Shown here piece after piece: positions 9,830 to 18,323 of a stretch of 60,622 bases of DNA. Source of the DNA: an uncultured virus (IMG/VR IMGVR_UViG_3300000116_000009) (taxonomy: Duplodnaviria; Heunggongvirae; Uroviricota; Caudoviricetes). Positions within the stretch are counted from its first letter, which is position 1, and each line of letters starts with the position of its first letter. The translations under genes and the position numbers were made by a program. The notes under the pieces are model-generated. The model was not told the origin of the DNA and did no database searches. It saw only the letters and a program-made list of their open reading frames with translations. The stretch lies in the IMG/VR virus record IMGVR_UViG_3300000116_000009. One strand, given 5' to 3'.

Positions 9830-10329
9830 AAAAAATATTTTTATTATTAATTTTAATTTTAATTATAGGATGTGGATCTTATACTATCCCTTTGTATCGT
9901 CCTCAAATAAAAAGTATGTTAGCAATAACAGAAACTGGAGATACTATACAAGTACCTTATAAAAATATTCTTAAAGATAGAAGTTATGATTATACAAGAT
10001 CAAATTATAATACCAGCTTATACTGGAACGGTTGGGGATACAATAACAATTACAGATACAATAATTGGTGGTTATACCCCCATAATAGTTGGAATTCCAA
10101 TAGAATTTATTATAATAACAGTGTCATTAATAATAGCACATTTATTAGACCGAAAGTTAAACCAAAAACCTTACCCAGGAGACCGGTAATACAACCTCGT
10201 TCTCAACATTCTACTCCAAGAGGATCAAATAGTAATACTTCAAATTCTTCAACACGAACACGAGTTAATGTAGGTCGTTCAAGTAATGGAGGAAGTCGTG
10301 GAAATAATAAAGTAAACAATAAACAGTAA
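9826..10329 (+). CDS. Lipoprotein with Tyr/Trp/Asn-rich and Ser/Asn/Arg low-complexity regions
   Basis: MKK + hydrophobic stretch + IIG-C lipobox. Confidence 0.7.
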   Translation: MKKIFLLLILILIIGCGSYTIPLYRPQIKSMLAITETGDTIQVPYKNILKDRSYDYTRSNYNTSLYWNGWGYNNNYRYNNWWLYPHNSWNSNRIYYNNSVINNSTFIRPKVKPKTLPRRPVIQPRSQHSTPRGSNSNTSNSSTRTRVNVGRSSNGGSRGNNKVNNKQ

Positions 10330-10353
10330 ATATTTATAGATATATAAAAAATT

Positions 10354-10740
10354 ATGAACAACTTTAATTTAAAAAAATATTTAGCGGAAGGTCGCTTACT
10401 TGAAGACGATGGTATAACCTATGCTATTCATATCACTACTGTTGAATATGATAATGGAAAAATGGGTTATATGTACGAGGTAGTAGATCTTGATACTGAA
10501 GAAGAAGTAGGAAGTGAATTTGGTTTTAAACCATTATACTTTATAGGAAGTGGTGATGAAAATGACCAGCAAGTATTTAGAGGTAAAGATTTTAATTCTA
10601 TAAAAACTTCTGGAATGTATCAAGACGAAGTAATAGATAAAGAAATGGCTTTGTATATATATAATGGTTTACTTAAAGGTGATGATTTTTATGGTGATAA
10701 AATTTCATTTGATCCAAGAGAATTAGCTCCATTAAACTAA
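10354..10740 (+). CDS. Putative internal head protein
   Basis: MNNFNLKKYLAE leader resembling the T4 capsid-targeting sequence. Confidence 0.6.
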   Translation: MNNFNLKKYLAEGRLLEDDGITYAIHITTVEYDNGKMGYMYEVVDLDTEEEVGSEFGFKPLYFIGSGDENDQQVFRGKDFNSIKTSGMYQDEVIDKEMALYIYNGLLKGDDFYGDKISFDPRELAPLN

Positions 10741-10759
10741 AAATAAAAATAAAAATAAA

Positions 10760-11131
10760 ATGAACAACTTTGACTTAAAAGGCTTTATCAACGAAAATAA
10801 TCTTGGAGCACATTCCAAGTACGTAGAAGAAGCTGTAGGCCCAACAAACCCAGATGGTACTCCAAAATCGAATGACGAAATGACAGACGATGAACGTGAG
10901 AATTTTTATAACGATCTAGATAGTACAGATGAAGGTTTAGAAAAAGGATATTTTAAAAAGAAACACAACATAGGTGAGCAAAAGCAAAGAGTAATGGAAG
11001 CCCTTGGTAAAAGAATGGCTGAAGGTTCTTATCCTTTTGAAAAATGTCTTAGAGACCAAGAAGAAAGATACGGATCTGAGGAAACTGCAAAACGTGTTTG
11101 TGGAGCTATTAAAGCAGCATATGGCGAGTAA
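10760..11131 (+). CDS. Putative internal head protein
   Basis: MNNFDLKGFINE leader paralogous to that of 10354; C-terminal YPFEKC..RVCG module. Confidence 0.6.
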   Translation: MNNFDLKGFINENNLGAHSKYVEEAVGPTNPDGTPKSNDEMTDDERENFYNDLDSTDEGLEKGYFKKKHNIGEQKQRVMEALGKRMAEGSYPFEKCLRDQEERYGSEETAKRVCGAIKAAYGE

Positions 11132-12848
11132 AGAATTTATATTAAATCTATTAGAACAAGAGGTAGAGGATTTCATCCAAACACAAGCTGAAAAAGTTAT
11201 TACGTTTGAAGATGATCCAATGGCCTATATTCTTAAAAAGTATCCATCACTTAACGATACTTTAACTGATTTAATGACTAAACATTTTGGAGATTATGTT
11301 ATGGGGATATATGTTATGGCTCCTAAGCCAACTACATTTAAAGTCCTACTCCATAATGGTCAGTTCTTTTACCTAATGTATGCAAAAGATTCTTATATAG
11401 CTAAAATCCAAGGTAAAAAATATTATTTATTAGATTTAGGAGCAGAAGAATACGCAACTAAAGCAATTGCAGATTTACTTACTATGGGTAAACCTCCAGG
11501 AGCTGAAGGTCCTGACGATCAAGAAGATAATATTACTGTTACTAATACTGAAACTGAAACTGATGTAGATATTACAGATGATGGAGGTGGTGATGAAGAA
11601 GATTTATCTGAAGTAAAAGAAAAAGATACAGAAACAGACGATTATGATCGTCCTTTTGTAGATCCTAAAGGTTCAAGAACATATATGGATCCAGATGAAA
11701 TGACACCAGCAGCTAGGGCAAGGAAAATGATGGGGGAGAAAAAAATTAAGATTGTTAAAGAGAGTATAGAAAAAAAAAAGTCACCTCTTAAATTTAAAAT
11801 TTTAAAAGAAAAATCTTTAGCTTGGAATGATATTTCAAGTGAATCCCGAAAATTATATAGATTATCTATTATTGCAGATAAAGTTTCTAGTAAAGATCCA
11901 TTTACATTAGAAGATGGTAATCAAGAAATTTTAACTTTTGTAGATCCTACTTATGCTGATTTATTTGCTAATCAAAAAGTAGATGATATTAGAAATGTAG
12001 GAGGTAAAAGTATTAATAACTTTAAGTTTTTTAAAGATAGTAAAGGTAATTTAATTTCATTTAAAGAAATAACTAAAACCAAAGACTTAGGTGGAACTGG
12101 GGGTAATAAAGCTCAAACATCAGAACGTCAAGAAAGAGGTCTTATTGATGCTATTAATAGTATTAAAGGGGTTAAAAATTTAATTGGAGCTAATGGATAT
12201 AAAATTCCAAATATTGAAAGGGCAGAAAAACAACCTGATCCACCTAGAGCTGAGGCTTATGCTGATTTAAGATTAATTAGAAAAGGAAATAAACCTTATT
12301 TATTATCTGCTAAAGGAATAGCAACCCCTAGTATTGCTGGTGGTGGTTTAGGTGGTGTTACACAAATAAGTAGTGATTTAGGCCAATTTGTAAAAGAATT
12401 TTATGAAGATGCTTATAATTATTATAAAAAAATATTTAATGATAATCCTAATATTACTTATGATACTAATTTATATTTAACTCCTACTTTTAAAGATGTA
12501 AATAGAGAAGTACCTACAAATTTAATTGATGATATGTTAAGAGGTAATGAAGCTATGGGAGGTCCTGTTGATGGTTACTATATTGGTCCTATGGAAGTTG
12601 AATATAAAACAGAAGGTAATAATATTATTACTAATGGTGAGGTAATACCATTAGATGAATTTGCTAAAAAATATGAAAATATATTTATGCATATTAAAAA
12701 AAGATCTGGAGATTACTATTTTACAGATGCTTTACAAACTGTAAATGGAATAACAATGCCCCTTATTTTTACAAATAAACCCGGAGGTAAAATGGCTAAG
12801 TCTAGATTAGGTTCAAACCCAAAACCCCGTGGTAAAATAATTATTTAA
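11121..12848 (+). CDS. Putative head-associated protein with C-terminal restriction-endonuclease-like domain
   Basis: ATG 11121 (MASKEFILNLLE) preferred over 11004; acidic linker; QE..., AD...LSAK catalytic-like motifs. Confidence 0.55.
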   Translation: MASKEFILNLLEQEVEDFIQTQAEKVITFEDDPMAYILKKYPSLNDTLTDLMTKHFGDYVMGIYVMAPKPTTFKVLLHNGQFFYLMYAKDSYIAKIQGKKYYLLDLGAEEYATKAIADLLTMGKPPGAEGPDDQEDNITVTNTETETDVDITDDGGGDEEDLSEVKEKDTETDDYDRPFVDPKGSRTYMDPDEMTPAARARKMMGEKKIKIVKESIEKKKSPLKFKILKEKSLAWNDISSESRKLYRLSIIADKVSSKDPFTLEDGNQEILTFVDPTYADLFANQKVDDIRNVGGKSINNFKFFKDSKGNLISFKEITKTKDLGGTGGNKAQTSERQERGLIDAINSIKGVKNLIGANGYKIPNIERAEKQPDPPRAEAYADLRLIRKGNKPYLLSAKGIATPSIAGGGLGGVTQISSDLGQFVKEFYEDAYNYYKKIFNDNPNITYDTNLYLTPTFKDVNREVPTNLIDDMLRGNEAMGGPVDGYYIGPMEVEYKTEGNNIITNGEVIPLDEFAKKYENIFMHIKKRSGDYYFTDALQTVNGITMPLIFTNKPGGKMAKSRLGSNPKPRGKIII

Positions 12849-12869
12849 TATTTATAATATATAAAATAA

Positions 12870-12950
12870 CATACAGACAGATTCATAGCCTGTCGCGATT
12901 AAAAAAATTATATAGGAGCTGTGGCCCATCTTTGGATGGGCCCCTTTTTA
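12870..12950 (+). ncRNA. Candidate structured RNA (hairpin/pseudoknot) ending in an intrinsic terminator
   Basis: GACAG/CTGTC stem; loop CATAGC complementary to GCTGTG; followed by a GC-rich hairpin and T-tract. Confidence 0.4.
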
Positions 12951-12952
12951 TT
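12923..12952 (+). terminator. Rho-independent terminator
   Basis: GGCCCATC-TTTG-GATGGGCC then CCTTTTTATT. Confidence 0.75.
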
Positions 12953-12962
12953 CGTATATTAA
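12932..12962 (+). promoter_or_regulatory. Bipartite early/middle promoter
   Basis: TTGG(12932-12935)...CGTATATT(12953), same spacing as the other copies. Confidence 0.55.
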
Positions 12963-12982
12963 CGTGTTAAAAACAAAAATAA

Positions 12983-14284
12983 ATGCCAAAAAACGTAGTA
13001 ATGATTGGAGCAGGAGTAGCAAATGTAAATGCTGCTACTAAATTAGTTGATAACAACTTTGATGGTAAAATTACCATTATTGATATGGGTAAGAATCCAT
13101 ATGAAAGACCATATGAAGATGTAATGACAGGGTTCTTAGGAGCTGGTGGTTGGTCAGATGGTAAATTAACATATCATACAGCAATTGGTGGTCAACTAAC
13201 AAAATATACAGGTGATGAAAAAGCAATGGAGTTAATGGATCAAGTGATCACTAACTTTAAACGTTTTCACCCTAAACCTGAAGAAGTACAAGTTTCTAAC
13301 CCTATAGCCGAACCTGATTTTATTAAACCACACTTTGGTTTACGTTTATTTCCTGTATGGCACGTTGGTACAGATTATTTACACGAAATTGGTAAAAATT
13401 GGTTTGATTATTTAGTTAATAATGGGGTAACATTTAAATGGGAAACTAAAGTATCTGATGTAGATTTTGAATCAAATACAGTGAAATCAGAAGATGAAAA
13501 ATCTCAAATGATTTTACCATATGATAAATTAATTTTTGGTGTAGGTAAATCAGGTATCGACTTTGGTAAACAATTAGCTGAAAAATATGAATTACCAACT
13601 GAAGCTAAATCAGTACAAATCGGTGTACGATTTGAAGCACCACAAAAACATTTCCAAAAATTAATAGATGTATCTTACGATTTTAAACTTTATCGCAAAT
13701 TTGAGGATGAGGGCGTATCGCTTCGTTCATTCTGTACTAACAATAATGCAGCTTATGTGGCCGTAGAACAAACATATGGAGATCATAGTTACAATGGCCA
13801 TGCTAAAAAAGATGAAGCATTCCGTAATGATATGACTAATTTTGGTATATTAATGGAAATTAAGGGTATTGAAAAACCATTTGATTGGTCAAGAAATGTT
13901 GTACAATCAGTAAATAAAGAAGGTACTGGTTTATATTATAGCCCAACTCGTAAACCTTCTACTACATCTGAAGGTATAGATGTATCTGCTGTACAAATTA
14001 ATAAAAAAGAATTTAGTATTGTAAGAAATCATTTTAAGGGATATTTTAAATATATAGATGATTTTATATCGGATATGAAAATAGTATTCCCAACATTAAA
14101 TAATGATTGGGGAATTTATATACCGGAAGTTAAATATTTATCACCAGAACCATTAGTAAATTATAATAATTTAAGCTTAACAAAATATGAAAATGTCCAC
14201 TTTGTCGGAGATGCCCTTAGCGCTAGAGGAATTACAGTTAGCGGGGCACAAGGAATCTACGTTGCCGAAGACCTTATCAAATGA
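12983..14284 (+). CDS. FAD/NAD(P)-dependent oxidoreductase
   Basis: IGAGVA Rossmann motif, GAGGWSDGKL, GVRFE, RSFCTN, NGHA, VGD..GI..SG..G. Confidence 0.85.
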   Translation: MPKNVVMIGAGVANVNAATKLVDNNFDGKITIIDMGKNPYERPYEDVMTGFLGAGGWSDGKLTYHTAIGGQLTKYTGDEKAMELMDQVITNFKRFHPKPEEVQVSNPIAEPDFIKPHFGLRLFPVWHVGTDYLHEIGKNWFDYLVNNGVTFKWETKVSDVDFESNTVKSEDEKSQMILPYDKLIFGVGKSGIDFGKQLAEKYELPTEAKSVQIGVRFEAPQKHFQKLIDVSYDFKLYRKFEDEGVSLRSFCTNNNAAYVAVEQTYGDHSYNGHAKKDEAFRNDMTNFGILMEIKGIEKPFDWSRNVVQSVNKEGTGLYYSPTRKPSTTSEGIDVSAVQINKKEFSIVRNHFKGYFKYIDDFISDMKIVFPTLNNDWGIYIPEVKYLSPEPLVNYNNLSLTKYENVHFVGDALSARGITVSGAQGIYVAEDLIK

Positions 14285-14447
14285 TGAGTTAGATGAAATG
14301 ATAATTGCTGTTGATGGATATTTCCTTTTTCACTATAATGATTTATCGTTTTTTGATAAAAAACAACAACAAGAAATAGAAATGTTTTTAGATTTAAGAA
14401 GAGAAATTTCATCTAGATATGATAAATTAAATAAAAATCTCTCATAA
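14187..14447 (+). CDS. Hypothetical protein (true start probably further downstream)
   Basis: Fills the gap after the oxidoreductase; the long 5' overlap is doubtful. Confidence 0.4.
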   Translation: MKMSTLSEMPLALEELQLAGHKESTLPKTLSNDELDEMIIAVDGYFLFHYNDLSFFDKKQQQEIEMFLDLRREISSRYDKLNKNLS

Positions 14448-14452
14448 TAAAT

Positions 14453-14484
14453 TTTGATCCCACATACAAATTTCGTATATTTAT
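14453..14484 (+). promoter_or_regulatory. Bipartite early/middle promoter
   Basis: TTTGA...CGTATATTTA (CGT at 14474). Confidence 0.55.
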
Positions 14485-14495
14485 GTCTAATTTAA

Positions 14496-14756
14496 ATGTT
14501 ATATTATATGTCTAAAGTAAAAAAAGAATGGTCAACAAGATCAATTACTACTCCTGACGGAATTACAATTTCATTTTTCGATAATAAATTACATAACTGG
14601 AATGGTCCTGCTCTAAAATACCCATCTTCAATGAAGAAAAAAGCAGAATATTACTTATATGGAATTCAACAAACTCGTGAAGATTGGATGGAATTTAGAA
14701 AAGATAGAAGTGGTGTGCCACCAGAAAAAAATCCCCAAGTACAATCTAGATTTTAA
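14496..14756 (+). CDS. Hypothetical protein
   Basis: KLHNWNGPA..YYLYG motif of small phage proteins. Confidence 0.65.
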   Translation: MLYYMSKVKKEWSTRSITTPDGITISFFDNKLHNWNGPALKYPSSMKKKAEYYLYGIQQTREDWMEFRKDRSGVPPEKNPQVQSRF

Positions 14757-15181
14757 TGAAAACAGCCATAATAGTATCAGGATATTTTAACCCGATACAT
14801 AAAGGTCATCTTGAGCTTTTTAATAAAGCAAAATTACAGGGTGATGAGTTATGGGTTATTGTTAATAGTGATTTGCAACGTGGATTAAAAGGTAGTAAAG
14901 AATTTATGGGAGAAGATGAACGTTTACTTATAGTAAGCAGTCTTAAAATGGTGAATTTTTCCATGATAGCTATTGATGAGGATAGAACAGTAAGTGAAAC
15001 ATTAAGAGCACTTTATGTTAAATCAATAGCTAATGATCCTAAATATCAAATATCATTTGCAAATGGTGGTGATCAAAATAACGATTCCATACCAGAAGCT
15101 AGGATATGTCAAGAACTTGGTATATCTTTAATAGAAGGATTGGGTGGTAAAATCCAATCAAGTAGTTGGTTATTAAAATAA
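14756..15181 (+). CDS. Cytidylyl/adenylyltransferase (HIGH family; RfaE-II/TagD/RibL-like)
   Basis: SGYFNPIHKGH, VIVNSD, ER, ANGGD, SSS motifs. Confidence 0.85.
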   Translation: MKTAIIVSGYFNPIHKGHLELFNKAKLQGDELWVIVNSDLQRGLKGSKEFMGEDERLLIVSSLKMVNFSMIAIDEDRTVSETLRALYVKSIANDPKYQISFANGGDQNNDSIPEARICQELGISLIEGLGGKIQSSSWLLK

Positions 15182-15188
15182 ATAAGTT

Positions 15189-15719
15189 ATGAAAATAGGT
15201 TTATGTGGTACAATGAGTGTAGGTAAAACTACATTAGTAAATGAATTAAAAAAATTAGATCGTTTTAGTCGTTTTGAATTTGCTACGGAACGTAGTGAGT
15301 ATTTAAAAGGTTTAGGTATTCCATTGAATACTGATTCTACATTAAAAGGTCAAACTGTATTTTTAGCAGAAAGAGTTACTGAATTAATGAAATCATGGAT
15401 AATAACTGATAGAACTGTAATAGATGTTATGGCATTTACAAGTTGTTCATCTACAATTGATTTTAAAGATAAAGAATATTTTGAAGATTATGCTAGAGTA
15501 TTTGTAGGCGAGTATGATTATATATTTTATATTGATCCTTTAGGAACTAAAATGGAGGATAATGGGGTTAGAGAAACTAATTTAGAATATAGAGATTTAA
15601 TTGATAAGTCTGTATTAAGAATATTAAACACTTATGGTCATAGGTGTAAAAATGTAAATATATTAAAAGGTACAACAGGGGAACGTATATCACAAATATT
15701 AGATGTTACAAAAATTTAA
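15189..15719 (+). CDS. AAA_28/NadR-type P-loop kinase
   Basis: GTMSVGKTT, TDRTVID, YDYIFY, EDNGVR. Confidence 0.75.
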   Translation: MKIGLCGTMSVGKTTLVNELKKLDRFSRFEFATERSEYLKGLGIPLNTDSTLKGQTVFLAERVTELMKSWIITDRTVIDVMAFTSCSSTIDFKDKEYFEDYARVFVGEYDYIFYIDPLGTKMEDNGVRETNLEYRDLIDKSVLRILNTYGHRCKNVNILKGTTGERISQILDVTKI

Positions 15720-15742
15720 ATATTTATAATCAAATACATAAT

Positions 15743-16051
15743 ATGGAAGACAATTTTAGTATAAAACAATGGACATCTAAGGCATTACTTACAGAGGATA
15801 TTGATTCTGATGAGGCTGCCGAAAAAGCACCCGCTGGTAATAAATCTTTAAATAAAAAATTAAATAAATCTGATAAAATTGTTAAAGATTATAAACGTCT
15901 TAAAGATTTAATGAAAACAGAGCTAGATATGTATAAAAGCTTTGAGAGCCCTAAAAATAAAGAGTTAGCTAAACAAAGATTAAAAAAATTAACCCCTGAA
16001 TTTCAGGCAGCTAAAAAAGAATACGAAAAATTAAAAGGTGTTAAGATTTAA
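15743..16051 (+). CDS. Hypothetical coiled-coil protein, possibly head-packaged
   Basis: MEDNFSIKQW..LLTE leader. Confidence 0.6.
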   Translation: MEDNFSIKQWTSKALLTEDIDSDEAAEKAPAGNKSLNKKLNKSDKIVKDYKRLKDLMKTELDMYKSFESPKNKELAKQRLKKLTPEFQAAKKEYEKLKGVKI

Positions 16052-16424
16052 AGAAAGAATATATTACATATTAATTATTATCCTCCTAGCTTGTTCATTA
16101 GGATACCTTTTATTTGGGGGAGATGAAGAATATGTTACAGATTATAATCTTAAAATTACTGATTTAGAAATTAAAATTGACTCTTTACATGGGGTCAATT
16201 CAACATTAAATGTAAAAATTGGGGACTTAAATTCTCAAATATCTAATTTAGATGATGAATTATCTTTACAGGATGGAAAAATAATAAAATTAAAAAATCA
16301 AATAGATGAAAAAGTTAAAGATGTTGATTTTTTTAATGATGACGAGCTGGAGCTGTTTTTCACAAATCGCTATGGACAGTATCTCGATTCAATTAGAAAA
16401 ACCAATAGCAAAACTCATTATTAA
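16038..16424 (+). CDS. Putative inner-membrane spanin-like protein
   Basis: N-terminal TM helix followed by a long coiled coil; GTG start. Confidence 0.5.
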   Translation: MLRFKERIYYILIIILLACSLGYLLFGGDEEYVTDYNLKITDLEIKIDSLHGVNSTLNVKIGDLNSQISNLDDELSLQDGKIIKLKNQIDEKVKDVDFFNDDELELFFTNRYGQYLDSIRKTNSKTHY

Positions 16425-16710
16425 AGATCTTTTAATAGGAGATAGTTATAGAACAGAATTATCGTTAGTTAATACTAAAATTAACCTTTTAGAACAAAAA
16501 TTATTTTTAAAAGACAGTATTATTTTTAGTTTAAATACTAAATCTTTAAACTTCGAAAATATTTTGTATACTAAACAAGATCAATTAGCTATTTCTCAAG
16601 AATTATCTAGAAATCTTCAAACTGATTTAAAAAAACAAAAATTAAAAACTAAATTGTTTGGAGGCACAGGCATTTTAATTGCAGCAGGTGTTATTTTTAT
16701 ACTAAAATAA
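16306..16710 (+). CDS. Putative partner spanin-like protein
   Basis: Signal peptide with Cys, coiled coil, C-terminal hydrophobic helix; overlaps the upstream gene by 119 nt in another frame. Confidence 0.5.
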   Translation: MKKLKMLIFLMMTSWSCFSQIAMDSISIQLEKPIAKLIIKDLLIGDSYRTELSLVNTKINLLEQKLFLKDSIIFSLNTKSLNFENILYTKQDQLAISQELSRNLQTDLKKQKLKTKLFGGTGILIAAGVIFILK

Positions 16711-16711
16711 T

Positions 16712-18298
16712 ATGGCTGAAGATTTAAAAGATATAATAAAATCCGAATTTATAAAATGCGCTAAAGATCCTGTGTATTTTATGAAAAAGTATTATATGAT
16801 TCAAAATCCTAAACAAGGACGAATCAAATTTAATTTATATCCTTTTCAAGAAAAAGTACTTCGCCACATGCAAGGTGAAGATTATCTTATTATAAACAAA
16901 TCACGTCAATTAGGTATATCAACTTTATGTTCAGCATTTTCCTTATGGACGATGTTATTTCAAAAAGATAAGAATGTTTTATGTATTGCTACAAAGCAAG
17001 AAACAGCTAAAAACATGGTAACTAAAGTACGATTTGCGTATGATAATTTACCAAAATGGTTGCAAATAAAAACAGTTGAACATAATAAATTATCATTACG
17101 ATTAGCTAATGGTTCACAAATTAAAGCAACTTCAGCCTCATCAGATGCTGGACGTTCAGAAGCCGTTTCTTTATTATTAATAGATGAGGCTGCTTTTATT
17201 GATGGTATTGACGAAATATTTGCCTCTGCTCAACAAACATTAGCAACTGGTGGGAGATGTATTGCATTATCAACACCTTATGGTACAGGTAATTGGTTTC
17301 ATTCAACATGGGCTAAAGCAGAAGCAAGAGAAAATACATTTATTCCTATTAGACTACCATGGACTGTACATCCAGAACGTAGTAAAGAATGGAGAGATGA
17401 ACAAGATATAATATTAGGTAATAGAATGGCAGCACAGGAATGTGACTGTGACTTTAGTACCTCAGGAGATACAGTTATAGAACCGGATATATTAAACTTT
17501 TATGAAAGTACATTTCTTCAAGAACCGGTTGAACGTAGAGGAATAGGTGGTAATTTATGGATATGGGAAATACCAGATTACTCTAGATCCTATATGGTAG
17601 TAGCGGATGTTGCTCGTGGAGATGGTAATGACTTTTCAGCTTTTCATGTAATAGATATAGAAACTGCAACCCAAGTTGCTGAGTTTAAAGCTCAAATACC
17701 AACTAAAGATTACGGTAATGTTTTATTTGCAGTAGCAACAGAATATAATGACGCTATGTTAGTAGTTGAAAATGCTAATATAGGTTGGGCAGTAATACAA
17801 GTATTAATAGATAGAGGGTATCGTAATTTATATTATTCTCCTAAAATGGATGTAACAATGTCCAATGCTGATCAATACTTAACAAGATATGAAAATGGTC
17901 AAGGTATGGTGCCTGGATTTACTACATCAATGAGGACGAGACCACTTGTTATATCCAAAATGGTTTCGTATCTTCATGAGAAATCAATTACAATACGTTC
18001 TAAACGACTATTAGAAGAATTAAGAACATTTGTATGGAAGAATGGAAAGGCACAAGCCTTAAGTGGGTATAACGATGATTTAACTATGGCATTTGGTATA
18101 GGTGTGTTTTTAAGAGATACAGCATTACACTTTCAACAACAAGGTGTAGATATGGCTCGTGCTACATTAGGAGGAATTAATTCCTCACATCATCAAGCAC
18201 CCAACATCTATTCAGGAAACAACAGTGCATTTAAAAATCCTTACGAAATGGAAAACCCCCATGGTGAAAATGAGGATATTACTTGGTTATTGGGGTAA
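16712..18298 (+). CDS. terL: Terminase large subunit (T4 gp17-like)
   Basis: KSRQLGIST Walker A, LLIDEAAF Walker B, STPYG, ADVARG, VENAN, DDL nuclease motifs. Confidence 0.95.
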   Translation: MAEDLKDIIKSEFIKCAKDPVYFMKKYYMIQNPKQGRIKFNLYPFQEKVLRHMQGEDYLIINKSRQLGISTLCSAFSLWTMLFQKDKNVLCIATKQETAKNMVTKVRFAYDNLPKWLQIKTVEHNKLSLRLANGSQIKATSASSDAGRSEAVSLLLIDEAAFIDGIDEIFASAQQTLATGGRCIALSTPYGTGNWFHSTWAKAEARENTFIPIRLPWTVHPERSKEWRDEQDIILGNRMAAQECDCDFSTSGDTVIEPDILNFYESTFLQEPVERRGIGGNLWIWEIPDYSRSYMVVADVARGDGNDFSAFHVIDIETATQVAEFKAQIPTKDYGNVLFAVATEYNDAMLVVENANIGWAVIQVLIDRGYRNLYYSPKMDVTMSNADQYLTRYENGQGMVPGFTTSMRTRPLVISKMVSYLHEKSITIRSKRLLEELRTFVWKNGKAQALSGYNDDLTMAFGIGVFLRDTALHFQQQGVDMARATLGGINSSHHQAPNIYSGNNSAFKNPYEMENPHGENEDITWLLG

Positions 18299-18323
18299 TT
18301 AATATTTATTATATATACATAAA

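Noticed and set aside
9986..10189. Alternate-frame + strand ORFs (also 56077-56313)
   Set aside because: Fully nested in better-supported genes, with no motifs
11004..11120. N-terminal extension of the 614-aa ORF (similarly the 4804, 9275, 41557 and 59399 starts)
   Set aside because: Overlap with the upstream gene; a downstream ATG gives tighter coupling and better context
16712..18298. Intron or intein in terminase, capsid, primase or RecA
   Set aside because: Lengths and motif spacing look ordinary, and no splicing motifs were seen
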